From NCBI GenBank assembly GCA_951406725.2, contig OX597833.1, forward strand, positions 49,290,001 to 49,354,000: DNA of 64,000 bases, given 5' to 3'. This DNA comes from Octopus vulgaris (taxonomy: Eukaryota). The translations under genes and the position numbers were made by a program. Shown piece after piece: positions 50,475-64,000 of this stretch; the stretch's first letter is position 1; the number at the start of each line of letters is the position of its first letter. The notes under the pieces are model-generated. The model was not told the origin of the DNA. It saw only the letters and a list, made by a program, of their open reading frames with translations, and searched no databases.

Positions 50475-50940
50475 GTTAGATACGAACTTAACCGTGGTAT
50501 GACCAGCATCTTTCCTCATGCCTCTTGGAACTTATACCCACATTTTTATGAGTAGATTTATCTTCTCTGTGATGCTAATAATCATTTTAAAAACTTTGTA
50601 TTGTTGGAAAACATATATAGTCTGCTTGGAATCTTACTTCAGATTCATGGAACTCACTCCTATAACTTCATAAGGATATTTACACTATCTAAGAGTATAT
50701 GGAAAACTTATATGTGATTTAGCTGATAAATACTTGACGTTATATTTGCTGTAATATTTGCTGCTTGAAATTAAATGTTTTTAGTATGAGACAATTGTAC
50801 TAATCTACCGATCCATTCTTGCTGCTTTTTTCTTGGTTATATATATATATATATATATGCATGATAATGATATGAGGAAATATTATTCCAAACTTATAGG
50901 GAAAAATTCAATTTAGAAATACTAAATCAAATTTCACAAA

Positions 50941-51008
<68 letters not shown>

Positions 51009-51181
51009 CTTATATGTTTTATCTTGTATCTAATCTTTCTATAATATGTAATTCTCTAGATGGTATAATTTAAATTTTCATTATTGAATTGATAAAGGGT
51101 GTTTTTTTTCTAATTTATATATATATATATACATATATATGTATGCATGTATGTATGTATATCTATATGGGATGGAGTGGA

Positions 51182-51215
<34 letters not shown>

Positions 51216-51221
51216 ATGGGA

Positions 51222-51417
51222 TGGGGTGCGGGCTAAAAAGTTCCTGGCTTTGGGTAAAAGAAAATATAAGAGGATTAGGTAATTATGATTTTATTCAACA
51301 TATTCCCCTCTCAGATTCACACACTTATTGCAGCGGTCCTTCAGTTTTTCTAGGCCCTGTAAAAGAACTCGGGATCTTGAGCCTCGAAACAGGCTTTTCG
51401 CGATACCCTTAAAGCCA
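51222..51417 (+). mobile_element. mariner-like left end or MITE remnant
   Basis: ggggtgcgggctaaaaagttcctggcttt...tttattcaacatattccc, a typical mariner TIR-proximal sequence. Confidence 0.45.
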
Positions 51418-53193
51418 TGTATGTAAGTATGTATGTATGTATGTATGTATGTATGTATGTATGTATGTATGTATGTATGTATGTTTTACTCTCTTTTACT
51501 CTCTTTTACTTGTTTCAGTCATTTGACTGCGGCCTTTAATCGAGCAACTCGACACCGGGACTTATTCTTTTGTAAGCCCAGTACTTATTCTATCGGTCTC
51601 TTTTGCCGAACCGCTAGGTAACGGGGACATAAACACACCAGCATCGGTTGTCAAGCAATGCTAGGGGGACAAACACAGACACACAAACACACACACACGC
51701 ATATATATATATGTACATACATATATACGACAGGCTTCTTTCAGTTTCCGTCTACGAAATCCACTCACAAGGCTTTGGTCGGCCCGAGGCTATAGTAGAA
51801 GACACTTGCCCAAGGTGCCACGCAGTGGGACTGAACCCAGAACCATGTGGTTGGTAAACAAGCTACTTACCACACAGCCACTCCTGCGCTGTATGTATGT
51901 ATGTGTGTATGTATGTATGTATGCATGTATGTATGTTTGTATGCATGTATAAGCAGACAAAAATAATGGGTTATAGTCATTTATTTATTATAGGCTTACA
52001 GCTGTTTCAGATATGTATTTGGGTACGGTCATGGTTCAATTTTATCAATCTATCGATCGATCGACTGAAATCACAGGGAACCATCTTCATCATGATATCT
52101 TCGTCAGAGCCAAAACAAAGAAAAACAAGAAAACAAAAGAAGAGGATGGATTTTGGTCAGTGTGGCATTTATACAGAACCCTTTCTAGTCACCAACCTTA
52201 CGCTATTGTTCTTTCTTATCACGGGTGTTAATATTATTATATTAACACCCAGCAAAGAAATTTGACATCCCACAATCCCTTTATGCTGTTATGACATTGC
52301 TAATTATTTTAAAACTGAAGTATTAACATCTAATTAATTACCGACATCCCACAATCCCTTTATGGTTAGTGGAGGGCTTTTGGCTACTATATTTTTGGAA
52401 AAATTACGAGGGGTAAGTATTTGCAAATATACAAACCGAAATGCAGTTATAGCATTGCTAATTATTTTAAAACTGAAATATTATCATCTAATTAATTACC
52501 AGGAATTAATATAAATGCAAAACAGTTAACAGAAATAGTTAGAACGAGCAATCAGGAATTATAAATAAATAAATAAACTATGACAGGTAAAATATCAGTA
52601 AGTCTAAGACTACAATGTAATCCTAAATTATAGGGCAAGGTATCATTGGTACAGCTGCAATACGAAGGTTAAGATATGATTCTTAAATAGGGTGGTAGAG
52701 TAAATTACACAATTGTTAAATGAAGAAGATAAACCCAAATCAAAATCAAATAAAAATATAGCAAAACAGAGCAACAAAAACAAAAATAAAAATGATAATA
52801 GAAATTCGAAAATAAGGGAATAGATATATGAACACGGATATCTCCTTATCATCAAATAAATAGCGAGAAGGGACTAGGGAAGGAAATCTATAATTCAAGT
52901 AATTAAGGAAATTGATAATTACCATTTAATTTAAATATGCATTATCTCTCAACTATTGGACTAGGAAGGTGTGCAGGTGTTATCACATCTATTTGTTCGC
53001 ATGATTAATTGTTGTGGGAATGATCAAAAGGTTTTAGGAGTGGCTGTGTGTTAAGTGGCTTGCTTACGAACCGCATGGTTCCGGGTTCAGTCCCACTGCG
53101 TGGCACCTTGGGGAAGTGTCTTCTACTATAGCCCCGGGCCGACCAAAGCCTTGTGAGTGGATTTCGTAGACGGAAACTGAAAGAAGCCCGTCG

Positions 53194-53312
<119 letters not shown>

Positions 53313-55307
53313 ATGTGTGTGCGTGTGTGTGTTGTGTGTGTGTGTGTATGTTTATGTGTTTGTGTTTGTCCCCCCCGGCATCGCTTGACAACCGATGCTG
53401 GTGTGTTTGCGTCCCCGTAACTTAGCGGTTCGGCAAAAGAGACCGATAGAATAAGTACTAGGCTTACAAAGAATAAGTCCCGGGGTCGATTTGCTCGACT
53501 AAAGGCGGTGCTCCTGCATGGCCACAGTGAAATGACTGAAACAAGTAAAAGAGTAAAAGAGAGAGTATCTTGCAGCTAGCTCCTGCCTCATATTCAGGAT
53601 GTTACACTCTGACATATTGACAAAGACCCTTTTGGGGGAAAGTTCACGTCTCATTTTCCCTTACATTGTAAGGAGGTGCACTGCTCATTATTGACCACTT
53701 AATATTATACTTTGTTTTGTTATCCTTAAGTTCCCATATAAGTTTGTTTAATGAGATCGATCTTTCCTTATCCCTGTGTTTAAATGATGAGACGTGATTA
53801 TAATATCGAGGCTTGAAGGTTGTTGCGAAACAGCCTAAATAATGGTAAACTGTTTTGTCCGTAACAACTGAGCAGCTATTCGATGATTGGTTCCTTAGCG
53901 CCTAGTATAATGTCAATTCCATTTTTAGTCAAGAGTTTTCCCTTAGAAAAATGAGTGCCTTATATAGCATACATACATACATACATTCATACATACATAC
54001 ATACATACATACATACATACATACATACATACATACATGCATACATACATACATACATACATACATACATACACACACATACATTTATATACATATGTAT
54101 GTATATGTATGTATGTTTTAATGCATCTATGTACATCTGTGTACATTTGCGCATGCATATGTCTTTATTCGTTTATTCATTAACATATTGCAGTTATTGG
54201 ACTGCGGCCATTCTGGGGCACTACCTTGAAGGATTCTTTGAGTCGATCACATTGACCTCCACTCCACTCCACTCCACTTCACTCCAAGCACTGACACTTA
54301 TGTATACCATGGGCTTCCCTATACCTTCTTATTTCTTTATTGCCCACAAGGAGCTAAACATAGAGGGGACAAACAAGGACAGATAAACGGATTAAGTCGA
54401 TTATATCGACCCCAGTGCATAACTGGTACTTAATTTATCGACCCCGAAAGGATGAAAAGCAAAGTCGACCTCGGCGGAATTTGAACTCAGGACGTAACGG
54501 CAGACGAAATACGGCTACGCATTTCACCCGGCGTGCTAACCTTTCTGTCAGCTCGCTTCCCTCTACTTTCTGTCTATCGAATTCTCTCAGAAGTCATTTA
54601 GTAATCTCGAGGCTGGAGTGGAAAACATTTGTCGAAGCTACGTAATGTGTTGTTATACTTTCAGTGTTTGTGTGTTCCATCTATATAGTATAACCGAATA
54701 TAAGCGAGTATTTATGACAACTGTATGCACGTATTTCTTTTATGTGCATATTTTATGTGTTTCTCCTTCATACCTTTCATTTACAGTAAATTCAAAAATT
54801 CGCCATCTTGAATCAGAAGTTGAAACTCTCTAAAAGCAAACGCAGCAAGCTCATAAGCGAAGCAGACTATAAAAAGCGAAGAAAACTAAACCAAAGAAAA
54901 TTTATATGATTTATAGGTCGTACAACGTTTTTTGTTTTTGCCTCCGTTGATTATTTATTGAATACAAATTCACATTAGTTTAAAGCAGACGACAGACATT
55001 TTTCACCTGTGTTGGTTAAATTTATATCCATCAACAGCAAAATAAATGTCAAGTTCCTTCTCAGTTTTGCTACTTTTGCTCTGAAGATGAAAACAATTAT
55101 TGTTGCCTATAAATAAACGTGAAGCATATTTTAAATATTTTCTTTTGTTTTTAGTTCGGAAAATTGAAATTTCTTGTGTAAGTATTCTTATCGGCCATAA
55201 CGTCTGTTATTTAATACTTTCAGACTATCATTGCAATGGTTCACAACTTATTTGCTGTAGAAAATGTTTGACATAATTTTTAAATATTCAACATGAAGTC
55301 TTCTTAA

Positions 55308-55692
55308 GGCGGCGAGCTGGCAGAAACGTTAGAACGCCGGGCGAAATGCGTAGCCGTATTTCGTCTGCCGCTACGTTCTGAGTTCAAATTCCGCCGAGGT
55401 CGACATTACCTTTCATCTTTTCGGGGTCGATTAAATAAGTACAGTTACGCACTGGGGTCGATGTAATCGACTTAATCCGTTTGTCTGTCCTTGTTTGTCC
55501 TCTCTGTGTTTAGCCCCTTGTGGGTAGTAAAGAAATAGCTATTTCGTCTGTCTTTACGTTCTGAGTTCAAATTCCGCCGAGGTCGACTTCGCCTTTCATT
55601 CTTTCGGGGTCGATAGATTAAGTACCAGTTGCGTGATGAGGTCGATCTAATCGACTGGCTCCCTCCCCCAAAATTTCGGGTCTTGTGCCTAG
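55308..55692 (+). mobile_element. SINE family B dimer (young unit plus older-tail unit)
   Basis: Junction aagaaatagc|tatttcgtc; second unit ends in the alternative ...cccccaaaatttcgggtcttgtgcctag tail. Confidence 0.85.
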
Positions 55693-57924
55693 AGTTATTT
55701 GACTTTGTTTGTTCCTTCTCAAGCCATGCCTGGCTCCTATATATCAAAAGGATATGTTATAATATTCTTCCACATATACAAAAACAGCCATACCAACAAT
55801 CCAACATGCCTCCATCATCAGCTGCCCCACGAATATCATTATAGTTTCGACACCTGGGCAGTACGATTCTATCCAGCGGTGTCAATAGCACTAAAATAAG
55901 AATTGTTTGGGAACAAATATACGAAAGAAACCACAGCTTTGAAACACGTTTACCCTATGTACAAGAGTATCAGTAAATAAATTCAATAAGTAAATCTATA
56001 AACTAACTCCTAAATATGTAACTAAACAGCTTTAAGTCATGCAAAAATATTCCTTACAGTCCTCCATAGTATAATATAAACGTAAAGCTTAATAACCACA
56101 TTGATTCAATCTAAATATGGGCAGGATTAGACACTAATTTTAAAATTAAACTGCAGCAAAGAAACACATTAATCTAAGTAGCTTGCTAACCAACCACATG
56201 GTTCCGGGTTCAGTCCCACTGCGTGGCATCTTGGGCAAGTGTCTTCTGCTATAGCCCCGGGCCAATCAATGCCTTGTGAGTGGATTTGGTAGACGGAAAC
56301 TGAAAGAAGCCTGTCGTATATATGTATATATATATATGTATGTGTGTGTGTTTGTGTGTCTGTATTTGTTCCCCTAGCATTGCTTGACAACTGATGCTGG
56401 TGTGTTTATGTCCCCGTCACTTAGCGGTTCGGCAAAAAGAGACCGATAGAATAAGTACTGGGCTTACAAAAAGAATAAGTCCCGGGGTCGAGTTGCTCGA
56501 CTAAAGGCGGTGCTCCAGCATGGCCGCAGTCAAATGACTGAAACAAGTAAAAGAGTAAAGAGTATGTACATCTGTATCGGTATTAATAGTAAACCTACAA
56601 TAACTAAATTATATTCTGAATAGCGACCAATCTTTCAGTCCATGCAAATGATAATCCCATCAGTCTTCCATAGTTAATACTATAATAAAAAAAGTGAAAG
56701 CTTTATATTCAATTCTCTCCAAAGCGAAACACGAATGAATTTAATTTAACGAATAATATAGTAATTACGAGTGATAAACATTATTTCATAATTCGAAAGT
56801 TAATAATACAAACACTACATTCTCATTAATATTACCCTTACAAGATTTAATGTAAAATTACCAGTAACTAATAGAAACATTAAATTTTATTACACATACA
56901 CACAGACACAGACACAGACACACACAAACATATTTTTTAAATTTTATTTGTTTCGGTCAGTTGACTGTGGCCATACAGGAGCACCGCCTTTTTTAGTCGA
57001 GCAAATCGATCCCAGGACTTATTCTTTGTAAGTCCAGTACTTGTTCTATCGGTTTCTTTTTGCCGAACCGCTAAGTTACACGAACGTAACCATACCAGTA
57101 TCGGATATCAAGCGATGTTGGGGGACAAACACACACACACAAACACACACACATACACACACATATACGACGGGCTTCTTTCAGTTTCCGTCTACCATAT
57201 CCACTCACAAGCCTTTGGTCGCCCCGAGGCTACAGTAGAAGACATTTGCCCAAGGTCCCAAGCAGTAGGACTGAATGCGGAACCATGTGGTTGGTAAGCA
57301 AGCTACTTACCACACAGCCACTCCTGCGCCTATATATGTGATTTAATTTCAAGCAAGTAAAATCTGTTGCTCAGGAGAAAGGAATATAGTTTTTACTTTT
57401 ATTCTACTTCACTAAGATATATATCAAACTAGGTATCTTAAGGTATTACTAAGCCGGCGTCAGCCTTGGAGTAATTTACGGCCAAGATTTCCCATAAATG
57501 TATTATAATCTAAGATATTTTCATATTTTTTGTAAACTCGAACAAGAAATACCGCCACACCACATCTAGGTGTTTATATATTAGCAGTCCGTCGGTTACG
57601 ACGACGAGGGTTCCAGTTAGTCTGATCGACGGAATAGCCTGCTCGTGAAATTAACGTGCAAGTGGTTGAGCACTCCACAGACATGTGTACCCTTAATGTA
57701 GTTCTCAGGGAGATTCAGCATGACACAGAATGTGACGCGGTCGGACATTTGAAATACAGGTACTACTCATTTTTGCCAGCTGAGTGGACTGGAGCAACGT
57801 GAAATAAAGTGTCTTGTTCAAGGACATAACCTGCTGCCATCAATCGAACTCACGACCTTTCGATCGTGAGCCGGATACTCTAACCACTAAACCACATATA
57901 TAAACACACACACAAACGTATATG

Positions 57925-58890
57925 TATATATGTGTGTATGTGTGAATATATGTGTGTATGTGTGAATATATGTGTGTATGTGTGAATATATGTGTGTATG
58001 TGTGAATATATGTGTGTATGTGTGAATATGTGTGTATGTGTGAATATATGTGTGTATGTGTGAATATATGTGTGTATGTGTGAATATATGTGTGTATGTG
58101 TGAATATATGTGTGTATGTGTGAATATATGTGTGTATGTGTGAATATATGTATGTGTATGTGTGAATATATGTGTGTATGTGTGAATATATGTGTGTATG
58201 TGTGAATATATGTGTGTATGTGTGAATATATGTGTGTATGTGTGAATATATGTATGTATGTGTAAATGTATGTGTGTATGTGTGAATATATGTGTATATG
58301 TGTGAATATATGTGTGTATGTGTGAATATATGTGTGTATGTGTGAATATATGTGTGTATGTGTGAATATATGTGTGTATGTGTGAATATATGTGTGTATG
58401 TGTGAATATATGTGTGTATGTGTGAATATATGTGTGTATGTGTGAATATATGTGTGTATGTGAGAATATATGTGTGTATGTGTGAATATATGTGTGTATG
58501 TGTGAATATATGTGTATATGTGTGTATATATGTGTGTATGTGTGTATATATGTGTGTATGTGTGAATATATGTGTGTATGTGTAAATATATGTGTGTATG
58601 TGTGAATATATGTGTGTAAGTGTGAATATATGTGTGTATGTGTGTATATATGTGTGTAAGTGTGAATATATGTGTGTATGTGTGTATATATGTGTGTATG
58701 TGTGAATATATGTGTGTATGTGTGAATATATGTGTGTATGTGTGAATATATGTGTGTATGTGTGAATATATGTGTGTATGTGTGAATATATGTGTGTATG
58801 TGTGTATATATGTGTGTATGTGTGAATATATGTGTGTATGTGTGAATATATGTGTGTATGTGTGAATATATGTGTGTATGTGTAAATGTA
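57925..58890. repeat. 20-bp minisatellite (tgtgaatatatgtgtgtatg)n, roughly 48 units
   Basis: Direct reading; produces the spurious 350-aa His/Thr/Tyr ORF. Confidence 0.95.
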
Positions 58891-59699
58891 TGTCAGGTCT
58901 TTGTTCTGTCTGTACACTTTAGCAGAATACAAGTTAAGATGAATTCTTTAAAAATATTTCTTGAGTAAAGCCAAATTACTATCATCGCTGTAGTTCTGAG
59001 AGAATATTTTAGTTGATGCGAGCAAAACATTTTCCGTTGTGAAAAACATCGATAACCAATCTTTTTCTAAACTTAGCAACTTCAGTAACTGTGATATTTC
59101 TCTCTAAAAGAACTCTAATCCTCCTTTCCTATCAGGTTATCGTATATTTATTACTTCATCATTTGTCTGTGATTGTCTTTGTTAGAACACTCTTCACACT
59201 TCTTGTCACCGACTGACAACTCATTAATTCAATCTGACAATCTAGAATACTCCTTTGATGCTGTTTCTGTCTGAAACACTAAATCTTCATTTGTATGACA
59301 GTTTGTGTGAAAAGGAAATAATGCTCATTATGAAATATCGTTGTGTTAGCTATTTTCAGAAAAGTATGAAAATATTTACTGCTGTTCTGATAACTAGTGT
59401 CCAAACAATACTAAATTATGATCCTACTTGAAGGTATCTAAGAAAATTGGAGTTTAGCCTTAGTTTAGAAACTAAGCCAATTTAATAATTTGGAAGGACA
59501 TCTCAGTAATAGTAGAAACTGAGAAAAAGTGGGGGTGGATATGAAAGTGAAACAAGAAGTGAAAGTTATAGAACTATTATAAACACTTATATACGATGTT
59601 GAAATTTCATTCGGTGACAAAGGGTTCTGTTCAAAATGTTAGAGTTCTCTTCTTTTCCATAGCATAAATCCGTTTCTTGGCACCTCGGATGCCTTTTAG

Positions 59700-60200
59700 C
59701 ATTCAGGTGGGGGTCTCCGGTTTGAGGATATCTTCCTCTCTTTTTCTCATCCACCAACTTCAGACTCTCTGAAACTGACCATGGTCACTGTCATTCTTCC
59801 TCATCTCATCTCGTCTCATCTTCTTCTGTGAGGGTTGGGGGGCAGACTCCTCAAGCACGCCTTTCATCAGGTCCTGTCAGACTCATGGATGTTACCCAAC
59901 CATCTTTTTCATGGTTTCCCTCTTGGTTCCCTGTCGGCTGGTTTTGACCGTAAACCCATCTTGCAATTCTTTCATAAGACATTCATACCAGACGTCTGTA
60001 AAAGCAAAGCTGTCATCTTTCAATTCGGAGAAGCAGTGCCTCCATCTGGAAAACTTCTCTAGTTTACGAGTTACGCTCTCTATCGAGTAACGTTATTCAA
60101 AGACCTTTCAGAAGAACCACATCTCGGCTGCTTGTTTTCACGATCCTATACTTTTGGACATTACACAGTCAAAATAGTACCTGTCACCTTACGATGCTTG
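59700..60200 (-). mobile_element. degenerate RTE-like LINE 3' end
   Basis: Minus strand fragments QMEALLLRIER, MSYERIARWV, REPRGKP*KRW resemble RTE ORF C-termini (..RPRGRP.KRW). Confidence 0.45.
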
Positions 60201-60328
60201 TTACTAGAGCCTGTTATGACGACGGAAAAAGTAGCCAAAGTGTTGTACCAGCCTTTGTCACTTCAATCCAATGTACACATGTCTCACTAACATTTGAGAT
60301 GGTTATCATCTGACAACATAAGGCAGTC

Positions 60329-60458
<130 letters not shown>

Positions 60459-60473
60459 TACACGCACACACAC

Positions 60474-60537
<64 letters not shown>

Positions 60538-60690
60538 TAGAGAAGAACTACCTTTTATCAATTCAACAATGAAATAACAATGATATAATTAAATTATACC
60601 ATATAGAAAAAAATTAAATATATGATAAAACATATATCAATAATTAAGCAAATAATTGTTGAATTGATAACAGGTGGTTCTTCTCTAATT

Positions 60691-60755
<65 letters not shown>

Positions 60756-60855
60756 CATATTGTGAAATTTGATTTAGTATTACTAAATTGAATTTTTCCC
60801 TGTAAGTTTGGAATAATATTCCCTAAAATTTTTATTATATATATGTATGTATATA

Positions 60856-60919
<64 letters not shown>

Positions 60920-61414
60920 CACACACAGACATGGCGGTATAGATAATCAGGTGTTTACTCAATAATAAAGTGCAGTGTATATAAACAGCGGATCAGGAAC
61001 GGTTTGGTTATAAGGCGAATCAATAAGGCCGTGTAGTTTGTTTTTGAATGTGAAAAATATGACGATGATATGAAATTTAATTATATTTATTTTTCATAAA
61101 CCGTACTCCGTTATTGACTAAATTTGCATAAGAGAATTAAACACAAAGAACTCACTGATTTAGCCGTCTATTTGCACAAACTAATTCGTAGCAATATAAT
61201 CATACACACGTGAATACGCAGATATACACTTCCTATGCGTGCGCATGCACACTCTCTCTCTCTCACACACACACATACACATCTTCTTTCTATTTTCTTT
61301 CATTTTTTTTTTTGAAGTGATTTTTTTTTTCAATTTTCAAATTTCATTTTAATAATTTCTTCATATTTGTTTTGAATATGGTAATCAGAAAGAACGAAGC
61401 TGAGAGAAATTTTG

Positions 61415-61765
61415 GTTAGATCGACCTTAGTACGCAAATGGTACTTAATTTATCGACCCCGAAAGGATGAAAGGTAAAGTCGACCTCGGCGGAATTTGAA
61501 CTCAGAACATAGACAGACGAAATACCTATTTCTATTTCTTTACTACCCACAAGGGGCTAAACACAGAGAGGACAAACAAGGACAGACAAACGGATTAAGG
61601 CGATTACATCGATCCCAGTGCATAGTTGGTACTTAATTTATCGACCCCGAAAGGATGAAAGGCAAAGTCGACCTCGGCGGAATTTGAACTCAGAACGTAA
61701 CGGCACACGAAATACGGCTACGCATTTCGCCCGGTGTACTAACGTTTCTGCCAGATCGCCGCCTT
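61415..61765 (-). mobile_element. SINE family B dimer
   Basis: Junction gacgaaatacctatttc at ~61516-61532; aagctgaga(g/t)aaat on both flanks. Confidence 0.85.
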
Positions 61766-63179
61766 AAAGCTGAGATAAATATTGCTTCAAATATATAAGA
61801 AGAATAGGGATGCTAAGGCAGTAATACTTCTCTCTTTTACTTCTCTTTTACTTGTTTCAGTCATTTGACTGTGGCCACGCTGGAGCATCGCCTTTTGTCG
61901 AGCAAATCGACCCCAGGACTTATTCTTTGTAATCCTAGTACTTATTCTATCGGTCTCTTTTGCAGAACCACTAAGTTACGGGGACGTAAACACATCATCA
62001 TCGGTTGTCAAGCAATGCTAGGGGGACAAACACAGACACACAAACACACACACACATATATATATACGACGGGCTTCTTACAGTTTCCGTCTACCAAATC
62101 CACTCACAAGGCCTTGGTCGGCCCGAGGCTATATTGGAAGACACGCAGTGGGACTGAACCCGGAACTATGTGGTTGGTAAGCTAGCTACTTACCACACAG
62201 CCACTCCTGCGCCTATAATAGTGATTTATTGAACACAGTATTTCATTTTTGTAGGGAACTGGGGGAACCAAACACCCGTGATAAACGAAGATTGATGTAC
62301 CCTCAGTTTGCACGACACTCGGTTTACAAAGTTTCACTTAACACTGATTTTTCTCGAATATTTTACCTTCAATTCTATGTGTACAGAATCACCACTTCGT
62401 CGTAAACATTTCACGTTTTCATATTTCTTCGTTTCTGAAGACTAACCATTAACTCAACGGCATTTCTTCCAGTTTTTACGTTCTGAGTTCAAATTCTGTG
62501 AACTTCGCCTTTCATCATTTTGGAATCGATAATCAGTTATTGGCGGCGAGCTGGCAGAGACGTTAGCACGCCGGGCGAAATGCGTAGCCGTATTTCGTCT
62601 GCCGTTACGTTCTGAGTGCAAATTCCGCCGAGGACGACTTTGCCTTTCATCCTTTCGGAGTCGATAAATTAAGTACCAGTTACGCACTGGGGTCGATGTA
62701 AATGACTTAATCCGTTTGTCTGTCCTTGTTTGTCCCCTCTATTTTTAGTCCCTTTTGGGCAATAATGAAATAAGAATAAGTATAAGTTGAAGACTGGTAC
62801 CAAATTAAATCGACGTAAGCCTTCTCCTTAAAATTGCCGCCCTTGTGCCAAAATCTGCAGCCATTATACTTTTGGCCTCAATTCTTTGAGAGTGATAAAA
62901 GATCGCACTATAAACTAACGCTTAATTTAGAATTACTTTTCTAAATAGTTTATTAAATATTTTCGAAATTGAATAATCGAATATCAAATGTCAATAAAAT
63001 CGATTTTAGAAATGATAATCAATATATTTCTAGGTTGTTTATCGAGAGACTTCATTGTTTTCCTTATTGACATTTGGTCTTATTGTTAGTTCCACTTCAT
63101 CGATAATTATCATTATAAAAAATAAAGGAATAATAAAAATAAGCAACAGCTTTGAAATATGCATTATAATGTGTTGTAA

Positions 63180-63748
63180 TATTGGGTTGTCCGGAAAGTT
63201 CGTGCCGATTTATTGTAGCTTTCCTTTGCGACTTATTATAGAACATGGTTGAGTCCACAAAATAGGATTTGACTACATTTCCATTTGGAGCACAGTTTAA
63301 GCTATCTTTTCGTGGAAGAAGGTTTATGTTCCTATAACCTGTGTTAATTCTGTAACCCTTTAAAATGGAAGATAAGAAAATCCATTTTCGGTACTTGATG
63401 CTTTGGGAACCAGACAAAAATTGCTGCAGCTCGGCTGGGATGTGTTACCCTACCCTCCATATTCACCAGATATTGCTCTTTCGGATTTCCACTTATTCAG
63501 GTCTCTGCAGAATAGTCTTAATGGTAAACATTTCAATTCCTTGGATGACGTAAAAAGATACCTTGATGAATTCTTTGCCATGAAACCACCTGAATTCTGG
63601 GAAGAGGGTATTTTCAAGTTAATGAAAGATGGAGATGCATTATGCAACAAAATGGTTCATATTTGGTTGATTAAAAATGTAATGGCAAGTATTTATTGAG
63701 CTTTTTCTTTCCTTTAAAAATCGGCACTAACTTTCCAGACAACCCAAT
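63180..63748 (+). mobile_element. internally deleted mariner, same family as 23492-24045
   Basis: Same TIRs; MEDKKIHFRYLMLWE joined to TRQKLLQLGWDVLPYPPYSPDIALSDFHLFRSLQ. Confidence 0.92.
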
Positions 63749-64000
63749 ATTAAGGAAACAATTGTAAAACGCTCTTTTATTTTGTATAGAAGACAAAACC
63801 CAATACTGTGACAGCTACCCATTTATATATGTACAACACACGCACGTACACGCGCACACATACGCACACGCACACACACACACACACGCACACATGACGG
63901 GATTCTTTCAGTTTCCGCCAACGAAATCCACTCACAAAGGTTTGGTCGTCCCGAGGCGATAGTAGAAGACACTTGCCTAAGGTACAACGCATATTATTTA

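Noticed and set aside
54786-54917. exon-like segment after ttcatttacag (KIRHLESEVETL)
   Set aside because: Reading frame closes after 15 codons and no partner exons or recognisable homology
57880-58932. 350-aa His/Thr/Tyr-rich ORF
   Set aside because: Translation of a 20-bp minisatellite

Overview
AT-rich, repeat-dominated animal genomic DNA. The SINE repertoire and very dense (TA)n/(CA)n/(TATG)n/(TATC)n/(AAT)n microsatellites look like an Octopus (coleoid cephalopod) assembly; the taxon is inferred, not proven. Only one host gene is supportable: a complete FANCL E3 ubiquitin ligase (+ strand, coding exons 22183-22431 and 25817-26674, 368 aa) with a single coding intron. The rest is about four tRNA-derived SINE families in dozens of copies, mariner, Merlin-like, TTAA and hAT-type DNA-transposon remnants, non-autonomous Helitrons, LINE fragments (CR1-like, L1/Tx1-like, RTE-like, Penelope), a U6 retrocopy fused between SINE pieces, a tRNA-Asn half-pseudogene, a 62-bp and a 20-bp minisatellite, and a ~6.2-kb duplication straddling a 100-N gap. 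Most notable: (1) several Penelope-type minimal hammerhead ribozyme motifs sitting in microsatellites, one as a perfect 70-bp fold-back; (2) a SINE that forms head-to-tail multimers at one fixed, self-complementary junction; (3) three unrelated inverted-repeat elements near FANCL that each carry telomere-like CCCTAA motifs, two with palindromic 8-bp flanks; (4) near-complete intron loss in FANCL. Repeat coordinates were read by eye and are approximate to a few tens of bases unless stated exactly.
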